A stretch of 64,000 bases of DNA, from the IMG/VR virus record IMGVR_UViG_3300021387_000074. One strand, written 5' to 3'. This stretch comes from a virus. Lineage: Duplodnaviria; Heunggongvirae; Uroviricota; Caudoviricetes. Shown one piece after another: positions 32,724-42,800 of this stretch. The translations under genes were made by a program, and so were the position numbers. How positions within the stretch are numbered: position 1 is the first letter of the stretch; every line of letters starts with the position of its first letter. The notes beneath the pieces are model-generated. The model did not search any database. It was not told the DNA's origin and saw nothing but the letters and a program-made list of their open reading frames with translations.

Positions 32724-35700
32724 ATGGCAGAAAAAAGCTTAGCAGATACAATCATAGATAATTACACATACACAGATGATTGGAAAAATGAAAATAGCAA
32801 TTATATAGGTAATGGCGATTGGACAATTCCAGCCAGACCAAAAACATTTACCACTCAGTTTATAGATATAGATAGATACTATAACCATTATAACGTAGTT
32901 TCTCCAAGAGTTGAAGTAGAATTTAGAACTGGCGATAGTGATGAGAGCTGGACTAATTTAAAACAATTGGTCTCAGACGGTGGATTTGTTTGTGAAGCCG
33001 TTTTGGAGAATGGTGTAAAGAAAGAAGTTATACAAAAAAATGACGTTTACACAATAGATGGCAAAGAAGTAAAAGTCGGAGACACTGTATCTGGCAGCAA
33101 GATAGTTTCAATAAATAAGGTTTCATCAAACACTAACAACAACAATAACTATTTTGTTTCAGCAACTATAGAAGACACTGGTTATAGAACTTTGCAGCTC
33201 GAACTTTTTGATAGAACATTTACAACAATACAGGCAATGTTATTTGAAGCAATAAAGCATGCCTCTGGTCAGCAAATAGAAGGCGCTGAAAAAACAAGCA
33301 ATTCGAAAACAAGCTTTGATTTAGAGTTTGTAAAGATGCCAGCCTTAACAAGAAACAATATAAGAATAAGATATGGATATAACGATTCAGTTAATACTGT
33401 AGTTGATAAAAGTTACTGGAGTGCTGCAGGACTTGACCACATTGGTTTCTATCAGGAAGATGGAAAGTATAGATGGATAAGTAGAGAGTTCAATGATAAA
33501 GACAAAAGACAAGGACAGACTAACGGAAATGATAAAGAAATAGAATTGGACGATAAAGGAAACGCAACTTCTGTAGCACAGCAAAACATATCAACAGATA
33601 ATGCTCTTTTCTATCTAAATAATCAGTCTACAATACTTGGCGGTTTTGAAGAATTTTATATAACAAATGTTCAATCTACACTCACAAACACTGGTATAAA
33701 ATATAGTATCACAGCCGTTGGATCAGATGCTTTGAAATTAAACGGTTATAAATTTGTACAGAAATACGCTAACATCATAGATAAGCCAAAGAATGTTTTA
33801 GCTTCATTGATGAGATGTTTTAATTTCTCTGGAAACGGTTCAAGTGCGAAGGCAAAAGACACAAACCAAACAATGATAAAACTTGTTTGGAACGACGACA
33901 AACCTCTCGCAGCCGCAAAGAAAATATTACCAACAAAAGACGGCTATAAAGCTTACAGCGCTGACGAGCAAAAGGAAGAATTAGATAAAGACAAATTAGT
34001 TTTAGCTGGTTATAAACAAAAGCTCACAGTTGCTCAAAGACTTCTTGGATGTTTAACATCCGAACAAGGTGATGATTATGTAGCTGGTAGTATAATAGAA
34101 CAAAAAAAGTTGTATCCAGATTGGAAACTAACAGAAAGAATGGCAACAACTTCAAAAAGTTACAACTCAGATTTGTTTAACATTTCTAAAAAAAGTCCAT
34201 TGTGGTTCAACTGTTATGCCCAAGTAAGAGGTGTTATTCAAAATAGCTGGGACATTGCAAAAGAAGCATTTTTTGCTTACTATCTAAAAAACTATGGCTC
34301 ATCAAGAATATCAATAAAATTGGATGATGGTTATGATGCCACAACTGGAGTAAGAAAAGCGGTATATAACTGTGATGACACTGACGTTTCATTAGATGGT
34401 TATACATATCCTTGCACTACTAACTCAAACTTCTTTTACTCTAGAATTGCGAGAGCAGTTTTGGCAGACACAATAGCAGACAATGTTTATAATTTTGAAG
34501 GCGCTTCGATAGTTGAAACAATAAATCAACACTATTTGGTAAAGAGCCAACAATTAAACAAAATAGAAGCAGTTAAAGAAATATTTAAAACTCTTCAAAG
34601 TTATGTAAAAACAAACTTAGTCAAAGCAAAAGGTGGAAAACAATATTATATTAAGCTTCCAATCAGTTTTATTAATGCTTTAAATACAGACGCGGCTAAA
34701 AAAATGGCGAGAATTTGTTTCCAGCAAAAAAGTGGTGGTGCTAGACTTGGAAACATTAATGGTGATGGATGGACATTTTTTAGACCAGCTGATGATATGT
34801 TTAATAACTTGCCAGACGCTGCTGGAAATGGCGATAGATATAGCAAAGATAGAGAAAGCTGGGCTAATAAACTTTTCTATAATTTAAAAGAAAAAGAAAT
34901 AAAAGACGAAGATATTGAAAAGGCTATCGAAAAAATAGATAAAACAGGTTCACCAGAGCCACAAGCAGAATATTCAAATATGGATGTGGCTTCGGTAGCA
35001 AACCTTGCCGTTGTTTTTTCATACGCAATTGGCGTTGCAGGAATGACTGGAAACGCTTCTGATACTAATAACACAAATGTATCAATAGATACTGGAGCTA
35101 AGCTAACTATAAAACTTTCAGATGATGGAAATACAGAACAAAGTAAATATGGTTATGTTTGCTTTGACTTTACTCGTGCAGATGAAACATACAACGTTTC
35201 TGGTAAATATAAAGGTGGTGGAGAAATAAAATTCATACCGAACGATGAAGATGAAAGTATTTTAGTTAGAAAATATCTTGATGATATAACAAAAAATGAA
35301 AATTGTGACAGGTTTATGATAAACCTTAACAGATGTTCTCAAAGCTTTAAGAACGCTTATGTTCTTGAGGAACAAGCAATAGAACAAGATACTAACTGGG
35401 CAGTTCTTAGCACAGAAGAACAATTAAATAAAATAAAAGCAGAAATAGATAAATTTGATTTCTCTTCTTACAAGGTTGAATTAAAGAACAAGTCTCAAAT
35501 GGATAGTTCTTTTAGAGAAATTGACAGCTTTAATGGTGTTAGAAGTGGAAAAACAATATCTAAAGAATTATATGACAGAATTACAGAATACGCTCCAGCT
35601 GGATACGATAAAGACAACAGTAGACGAGAACTTAAATTTGAAAAAGATGACTTTGTTAATTTAGCGAAAGATATAACTTCAGCCATAAGTAAAGTAAATG

Positions 35701-36659
35701 ACAAATATAATGAACTCGACAAAAAAACAAGAGATAACGAATCCGCTCTGTCTAATGATGAAATAACACTAAGTCTTGGTGGACCAGAGTCAGCAGTTGA
35801 TAATACTAAATTCTACAAATCTATTTCTTCATTGCTTAATGAGTTCTGCAATGCTTGCCCACCATATCACGATTACGAACAAGAAGCAGAAAGAAAAACT
35901 GCTTACGCAAAGGGTAAAAAACAAGAAGACGTTGCAGAATATGTGGACGCTGACGGTAATAAACAAACACTTGATTTAAAAGGAGAAGCTCCTACTTATA
36001 ATCTCACTTGGGATATTATTGGAAAATATAAAGATGGTAAGGGAGAAATCCCAGTTGTCGGACTTCACTACAGAACCCCAATAAAACCAAAGATGATGAG
36101 AGTTTATAAATGGGGTACTGGTAATCCAAATATGCACGCCGTAAAGAGTGTTAATATAACAACAAGCTCTGAGTTTGCTTTATTGAGTTCCGCAGCCAAT
36201 TCAACACTTGAACTTGGGATAGGTGGAAAGAAAGTTGCAATCAAAGGTGTTAACAGAATGTCAAACACTACTGGTGCAAATGAAGGAGAGATACAGGCAG
36301 AGTATGACAACTATAAATCTAATGAGGAGCCAGCTTATTTCAAGAATATAGTAAGTGAAAACGATAAATACAGTATAACAGATGCTGCGTTCCAGTCTAT
36401 TAATAAAGGTACAATAACTTTATTGGGCGATCCTTCTTTAAGGTTTGGAGGATATATCAACCCAATGACTTATCCAATTTACTTAGATATAGATTTACAG
36501 AACGAAGGTGTTACTTGGAAAGAGAACAGAGCAACAAAGAGCACATTGTCTGGCGTTTATGTTGTTTCTAAAATTACTCATTCTATAAATACCCAAGGAT
36601 ATGTAACAACTTTGGAAGTTATTAGATACCCTGGAGTGAATGAAGTTATTTCAGTCTAA
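32724..36659 (+). CDS. Baseplate hub-like protein (gp27/gpD-like ends) with large insertion
   Basis: C-terminal ITLLGDPSL...LSGVYVVSKITHSI...YVTTLEVIR; N-terminal LELFD...IRIRYGY; AAGTTAAT at 32700. Confidence 0.7.
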   Translation: MAEKSLADTIIDNYTYTDDWKNENSNYIGNGDWTIPARPKTFTTQFIDIDRYYNHYNVVSPRVEVEFRTGDSDESWTNLKQLVSDGGFVCEAVLENGVKKEVIQKNDVYTIDGKEVKVGDTVSGSKIVSINKVSSNTNNNNNYFVSATIEDTGYRTLQLELFDRTFTTIQAMLFEAIKHASGQQIEGAEKTSNSKTSFDLEFVKMPALTRNNIRIRYGYNDSVNTVVDKSYWSAAGLDHIGFYQEDGKYRWISREFNDKDKRQGQTNGNDKEIELDDKGNATSVAQQNISTDNALFYLNNQSTILGGFEEFYITNVQSTLTNTGIKYSITAVGSDALKLNGYKFVQKYANIIDKPKNVLASLMRCFNFSGNGSSAKAKDTNQTMIKLVWNDDKPLAAAKKILPTKDGYKAYSADEQKEELDKDKLVLAGYKQKLTVAQRLLGCLTSEQGDDYVAGSIIEQKKLYPDWKLTERMATTSKSYNSDLFNISKKSPLWFNCYAQVRGVIQNSWDIAKEAFFAYYLKNYGSSRISIKLDDGYDATTGVRKAVYNCDDTDVSLDGYTYPCTTNSNFFYSRIARAVLADTIADNVYNFEGASIVETINQHYLVKSQQLNKIEAVKEIFKTLQSYVKTNLVKAKGGKQYYIKLPISFINALNTDAAKKMARICFQQKSGGARLGNINGDGWTFFRPADDMFNNLPDAAGNGDRYSKDRESWANKLFYNLKEKEIKDEDIEKAIEKIDKTGSPEPQAEYSNMDVASVANLAVVFSYAIGVAGMTGNASDTNNTNVSIDTGAKLTIKLSDDGNTEQSKYGYVCFDFTRADETYNVSGKYKGGGEIKFIPNDEDESILVRKYLDDITKNENCDRFMINLNRCSQSFKNAYVLEEQAIEQDTNWAVLSTEEQLNKIKAEIDKFDFSSYKVELKNKSQMDSSFREIDSFNGVRSGKTISKELYDRITEYAPAGYDKDNSRRELKFEKDDFVNLAKDITSAISKVNDKYNELDKKTRDNESALSNDEITLSLGGPESAVDNTKFYKSISSLLNEFCNACPPYHDYEQEAERKTAYAKGKKQEDVAEYVDADGNKQTLDLKGEAPTYNLTWDIIGKYKDGKGEIPVVGLHYRTPIKPKMMRVYKWGTGNPNMHAVKSVNITTSSEFALLSSAANSTLELGIGGKKVAIKGVNRMSNTTGANEGEIQAEYDNYKSNEEPAYFKNIVSENDKYSITDAAFQSINKGTITLLGDPSLRFGGYINPMTYPIYLDIDLQNEGVTWKENRATKSTLSGVYVVSKITHSINTQGYVTTLEVIRYPGVNEVISV

Positions 36660-36677
36660 GTTAATTATAGGTAAAAT

Positions 36678-39600
36678 ATGGCAGATTTAACTCAGGAAGA
36701 TATATCTAATCTAACATCCTCAATGAAAGAAATGACAAAAGTAATTGAGAACAATAACAAATTACTTTTAAAGTCTGGGGATATTTATAACAATACAAAG
36801 AATACTCAAAAAGAAATCTCAAAGAACCTTGAGAAGCAAGGAAAGCTCTATAAGGATAATACTGCCGAAATAAAAAAGCAAAACGCATTAATACAAAATA
36901 CAAAAGAATTAGCTGGAGATATTTTAAGCAGCTTTACAAAACTTAGTATAATCTTCACTTCTGGCGGAATTGTTGGTGCGGTAGGTAAAATAGTAAAAGA
37001 CGCTATAAGTCTTGATAACGTAACTACCGCCTTAGCTGCAAGAATGGGTAAGATGGTTCAGAAAGCTGAGCTTAAAGGAGCTGTAAACAGCTTGCAAGCC
37101 GACCTCGGAGCAACATATAACGCAGCTGTCGGAATAGTTAGCACATTATCAAGTAAAAGATATGTAGATAATATAACTGAAGCCGCTAAGGGAGCAAACC
37201 TATTTAGCCGTGCAACTGGTATGGGCTATGTAGAAGTAGCAAACCTTATGACAGAACTCAATAAAGGTGCTCACTTATCAACAAGTTCAATCAATGCAAT
37301 GTTGACTGGAATTGTTAAGGTTCAGCAGAATATTGGTTTGTCTGAAGAGGGTATGGTTGCCGCAACAGAAAGCATTAAGAAAGCAGCCGTTAATATGTCT
37401 GCATTTGGCAAATCTTCAACTGATATACAGAAGATGGCAAACTATACAACTGCTTTGGTTGGTGCTATGGAAAAAGTTGGTATAGCGGCAGGCGATGCAG
37501 CACAGTTGGTAGATAGATTAACAGACCCAGATAGAATAGAAGACAATATTTTACTTTATAGCCAGCTTGGTGTTTCTATTGAAGACGCCCTTTCTGGAAA
37601 CTTTGACTTGTCTAATATGGATGGACAGTTGAAAGAAATGGCTCAGAGAATTGTAGATATGGGTCCAATCGCTGGTTCTCAGTTTGCTAAGTCTATGGGT
37701 ATGAGCTATAAGCAAGCAACCCAAATGGCAAAAATGGAAGGCAATGAAGTTGCACAAGTAGGCGAAGCAGCTCAGACTGCAGAAGATGGCGCACTTGATA
37801 CAATGCAGCAACTTGAAAAACAAACAGAAGGTTTTGGTAAATCTATGGAAACTGCCTTCAATAAACTTGAAGGTAAGATAAGAGGTTTGCCTAAGATTGC
37901 CCTAGTTGCTGGTGGCTTGTTAATTGCAACAATACTATCACAAGCAAAAAAGAAATTAATGGAGTTCTCACAAGACGTAACTTCGCCTAAACAAATGTCT
38001 GTACTTACAGAAGGTATAGGCTCTGCAATTGCTCTTGGATTTAATAAAGGATTAAGTAAAGCAGGACAAGCATTACTAGAAACTGGAAAGGTGGCTAAGA
38101 GAGGATTAGAACAGTGGTTCGATTCTACAAAGGTTGGTGGCTTCTTTGATGGTACAGAAAAGAGAATTGATGCTTTGATGGCAAAAGCCAATCATAAAAC
38201 ATTCTCAGATGTATACCTTGAGTCTGCAAGAAAAAACAGAGTGGATATGCTTAATGAGCATAAAAACCTTCTCGAAGATCAGAAGCAGGCAGAATTAAAT
38301 AAACTCGAAGAATTATTAGACGCAAAACAGAAAAAGATCCTCAGAGACAATAAAGATAAGGGCGCTGCTTTAAGTGTTATTAGCGGAATGGTAGCAAACG
38401 AAGAAGGTGGTGCAACTGGGGCACAAGCCGCTAGATTAAAAGCAATTCAAGAAATTGTCAAGGCTTATCAGTCTGAAGAAAATCAGCAAAAGAGAATAAA
38501 TACTGCTATTAGTAAAAGAGAAGCTGTTAGCAAAGAAGTTGCTAAACAGCAAGAGCAGGTAGCACAGGCTGCAGATAATTTAAGCAAAAAAGAAGAAGAG
38601 CTTGCAAACTTGCAAGAGGAAATTTCTAAAAACACAGAAAGAGAAGCAACTGCTAAAGCCGAAATGGAAAGGCTTGATAAGCTCATAGCTGAAGCCTCAA
38701 ATCAGAAAACAACAGCTGGAAACGCATTGGCTAAAAAACTAAAAGAGCAAAAAGCAGAGCAAGAAGCAATCTTAAATGTTGCCGTAAAAGAAAAAGCAGA
38801 AAAGAAAGCATCATTAGATAGCGCTAACACAGCTATAAAATTAGCCCAAAGACATTTAGATATTGAAGAAGACAAACTAAGAAAAGCAAAAGATAACGAA
38901 AAAGTTCAAAGCAAAATCTTTAAGCTAGCAATAGGTATTAAAGATAATATGCTTGCCGCCGCAGGTGCAAAATTCAATGCCTCTACTTTCGGAAAAGCAT
39001 TTAATGCAGCAAAAGGCGCTGGTGCCTCAGGGTTTAAAGCAGCAGGAGCAGGAATTGGAGCACTCGCTAAGAAAGGAGCTGCAGGAGCTGGTAAAGCAAT
39101 AGCTAGCGGAATTGGTGGAATCATGAAATCTCTCGGCCCTATGGCAATTGTTATGGCTATAGTTGGTAAATTTATAGATAAATTTAAACAGCCATTAGAG
39201 AACCTTATAGATAATCTCGTTGAGTTCTTGACACCAGTTGCAGAATTATTGATTGATACTCTTGGGCCAGCTATTACTAAGATAGTAAAAGCGCTATTCC
39301 CACCGTTGTTGAGAATATCTGCTCATATATTAAGCTTCTTAGGAGTAATCCTTACACCTATTAAACTCATACTAAAAGCATTGTCTCATTTGCCTGGAAT
39401 TGGTAAAGCCTTTGAAGGTGTTAATGATGTAATAGAAACACTTACGGGGCCAGAACTAACCCAAGGTTTGTTAGATGCTGCAGACAAAATAGAAAACAGT
39501 GGAGACGACTTAACAAAAGCAGCTAAGAAACAAGAAGAAGTAGCCGACGGACAGCAAGAGGCAGCTAAGATTTCTGCGTCTGGAGGTGATTTAACACTTG

Positions 39601-39872
39601 TTGAATCTGCAAAAGTAAATAACGCAAACTCTCAAGCTTCTTCTACTACACAGACAACTTCAGAATCTTCCGCAGATGCACAGCTAAAAGATCTTGAGAA
39701 CAAGAAAAAGCAGAAGAAAGAAGACAATTTCAGAGAATCTGTTGAAGCTAAGTTTGATAAAGTATGTAAAACTCTAGAGTCTCTTATAAATCTACTTGCA
39801 AGCCAGAACCAGAAAGAGTTCGTAGTTGGCCCAGGTGTACAGCAAATAAGTTTGGACACTGGAAATGAATAA
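36678..39872 (+). CDS. Tail tape measure protein
   Basis: 1064 aa, Ala/Gly-rich helical and coiled-coil, with hydrophobic segments; tail module context. Confidence 0.85.
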   Translation: MADLTQEDISNLTSSMKEMTKVIENNNKLLLKSGDIYNNTKNTQKEISKNLEKQGKLYKDNTAEIKKQNALIQNTKELAGDILSSFTKLSIIFTSGGIVGAVGKIVKDAISLDNVTTALAARMGKMVQKAELKGAVNSLQADLGATYNAAVGIVSTLSSKRYVDNITEAAKGANLFSRATGMGYVEVANLMTELNKGAHLSTSSINAMLTGIVKVQQNIGLSEEGMVAATESIKKAAVNMSAFGKSSTDIQKMANYTTALVGAMEKVGIAAGDAAQLVDRLTDPDRIEDNILLYSQLGVSIEDALSGNFDLSNMDGQLKEMAQRIVDMGPIAGSQFAKSMGMSYKQATQMAKMEGNEVAQVGEAAQTAEDGALDTMQQLEKQTEGFGKSMETAFNKLEGKIRGLPKIALVAGGLLIATILSQAKKKLMEFSQDVTSPKQMSVLTEGIGSAIALGFNKGLSKAGQALLETGKVAKRGLEQWFDSTKVGGFFDGTEKRIDALMAKANHKTFSDVYLESARKNRVDMLNEHKNLLEDQKQAELNKLEELLDAKQKKILRDNKDKGAALSVISGMVANEEGGATGAQAARLKAIQEIVKAYQSEENQQKRINTAISKREAVSKEVAKQQEQVAQAADNLSKKEEELANLQEEISKNTEREATAKAEMERLDKLIAEASNQKTTAGNALAKKLKEQKAEQEAILNVAVKEKAEKKASLDSANTAIKLAQRHLDIEEDKLRKAKDNEKVQSKIFKLAIGIKDNMLAAAGAKFNASTFGKAFNAAKGAGASGFKAAGAGIGALAKKGAAGAGKAIASGIGGIMKSLGPMAIVMAIVGKFIDKFKQPLENLIDNLVEFLTPVAELLIDTLGPAITKIVKALFPPLLRISAHILSFLGVILTPIKLILKALSHLPGIGKAFEGVNDVIETLTGPELTQGLLDAADKIENSGDDLTKAAKKQEEVADGQQEAAKISASGGDLTLVESAKVNNANSQASSTTQTTSESSADAQLKDLENKKKQKKEDNFRESVEAKFDKVCKTLESLINLLASQNQKEFVVGPGVQQISLDTGNE

Positions 39873-39891
39873 TTAGCGTAAAGTTAATTAT

Positions 39892-42800
39892 ATGAAAATT
39901 AAGCCAGCAAGTTCAATAATAGATAATAAAACTAACGATGTGCTAGAAATGGAAGCAGGAAGCACAGATATTCCAAGATATGCTCAAGTAAATAATACTT
40001 TAAAGCCTTCAGTAATCAATGGAAAAAAAGTAACATATTATAAAAGCTTAGAAAATAGCGATACTACATTCGAAGAACAAGCAGAAAAGGTCTCTAACAA
40101 AACAGCTTATACAAAAGTAACAAACAGTATAAGTAGTCAAGCTGGTCTAGACGTAAAAGAAAACAAGGTTTACAACGGCGATGAAACTGAATATGTTAAC
40201 CGCTTAAAGAATAAAAGAAATTTTGTTAATAGTGGCAAAAGAGATGATAAAGATGAAAACCTCGAAATAAATAAAACTCTTGGTTTAAAAGATGACGCTA
40301 GCATCACTGCTTATGTTGATAGCAAAACACAGAAGCTAGGAGAAGGTTATTCATCTGATATTAAGTCAAGATTGGTAGGAATCTCAAAAAAGCCAAACGA
40401 AACACTTATCGTAAAACAAACAGACGAATCAATTGAAGACGCCCCAGAACAAAAAGATTCACTAGAGTGGAATATTAAAAGCCAAAATTCAGATTTTGCA
40501 AAAGATGAAACAAAATTCTCTTTAGGCGGAAAAGAACTTGAAACTTTCTCAACAGAATATATCAACACAACTGAAGACGTTTTCAATACTTCTAAAAGAT
40601 TCAAGCCAATAACTTCTAAAATAGATGGCGGCGGATTGGTAAATAGTGATTACTACGGTTCTCAGGATAATGAACCTTCAAGCGATTTATGGACCAATAC
40701 TAAAACAGCACTCGCTAAATCTACTTTAGGACTTGGTGTAAGTAAAGATCTTATCAATAAAGTAGCAGACCCAATAATGGGATTCTTTGGTATTGAAGGA
40801 AACGAAGAAGTTAACGCTTTATCTTTAAGCATGACTTCTCTAGAACACTGGAAAGGTGAAAGAGCTAAGACATTCCATACAAAAGACTGGAAACCAAAAA
40901 ATACTTTAAACACTGATGCAAACGCGGCTGGTTCTATGGCAAGCGACCTTAGAGGTGAACTTGGAAGAACAACTGGTGGCTTAGGTGGTATTGCAGCAAA
41001 ATCTGGAAACTCTTGGCTAACAGCTGGTGGTCAATTAGTTGATATGACTGTTGGTGCGGGACTTACAAATACTATTACCGACATAACTGGCAGTTTTGCT
41101 AAAGGCGTTGGCGACGGTGAGTGGCAGCCAGAAGCAGATGAACTTGCAAACTTAAATACAGTAACAAAAGACACAATATATACCTCAAAACCTGGAATAC
41201 GTTTCAAAGCAAAAAACGGAATGGTTCAGAATGTAACAAGCAATCAAGATAGTGTTGCCATATTCGGAAAATCTGGATACACAAAGAACGGCGATTCTCT
41301 TAGAAACACTTATGGAACTTCCTTAGATTTGTTAAGAGGTAATCAGTTAAACGCTACAAGAACTTCTAAAATCAGAAGAATGATTCTCAATGAAGATAAT
41401 GAGTTCAAGAAAAAGAGAATGGTTTATAACTTGAAAGAAGAAATAAACTCAGGCGGTTCTCTTTATAATTACCAAGAAGATTCAAATGGTTTCTTCTATT
41501 GGGAAAAGTCAGATGACTTGTACACAAACTTCAATTTATCAAGCGAAGAAGCACAATTAATAACATTAATAAAGAATAGAAATACATACAATAAGACACT
41601 TGGATATATTTATATTAGACCTTATTATAATTATGTTGACGACAAAACAAAACAAGATCCAGGAAATGGCTTAGGTCTTTTTGATATTCCATTTGAGTTT
41701 ACACCTAATATTCAGGAAAGTGCTACTCAGGCTAATTATCAGCAAGAAACTCTCCTTGGAAGACTTGGACAATTCCAAATCTTTACAGGAACAAACTTGC
41801 CAACAGTTTCAATAGAACTACAATATATGGCTTTAGCTCCAGACAGCTTAGATGAACATGAAAGACAAGGAATGAACAAAGAATGGGGTACAGACGCTTG
41901 GCAATACTATTGGACAAATAATAGAATTGAAGCAATCGAAATGAAACTTAGAAGCTTAGTATTTGCTGACTATGTTTCTGGTGATTATTTAATAAAGCCA
42001 CCACTCGTAGAAATTCACTTAGAGAACGCTAGGGGACAAAACGCAGAGACAGTTGGAGATTTATACAAATACCCAATTGGTTCTAACGATCCTTCTACTG
42101 TAGGTGAAAGATATTTGCAATACTCTACATCTATACACGGTTCTGCTAGAAATAGATATAAGAAATATATAGTAACTTCTGTTCAAATAGACAAAATTAG
42201 CGACTCAGATATAATCTACCCTTCTTTGTATGGAAGAGTTTATGATTCTAGTGTAAGTTCTAGTAATCCAATGTGGCATGTTAAGAATGCTGTAAATGGT
42301 GAAGAATCGGTCGAAGAAAGTGGAATATATGGTTATTCTGGTTATGCAAGAAAGAAAGGTTTCAAAGCAACCCTTTCTCTTACAGAAGTAACAGAAAACT
42401 TCTTGGATTTGGTTCCAGACTTTAAAGCTTATTATGATGCTTGGACTCTAAAAGATAGCGCCGCAGACATTGTTTCTCAATATGCTGAAGCTACTATAGG
42501 TAATAATAGTATGACACAAAGCGTTCAGTCAGCTTTACAAGACGCTTTGAGTATAGCTAAGAACACATTGATTAGCTCGGAAGAAAGACTCGACGCAATG
42601 TTTGAAGAGTATGAAAAACTAGCAAAACTTTACGCTAAATCTTTCACAACAAAAACAAAAGGCGGAAATGCTTATTGGAAAATAGGTATGTTTAATGATA
42701 GAGATGGTGGAGATGTTGAAAAAAATAAATTCAACTTTATTTCAACTGGAAATCCAGACGTTAATATCAATAATAAAAACAAGTCAGAAGAAGAAGTAGA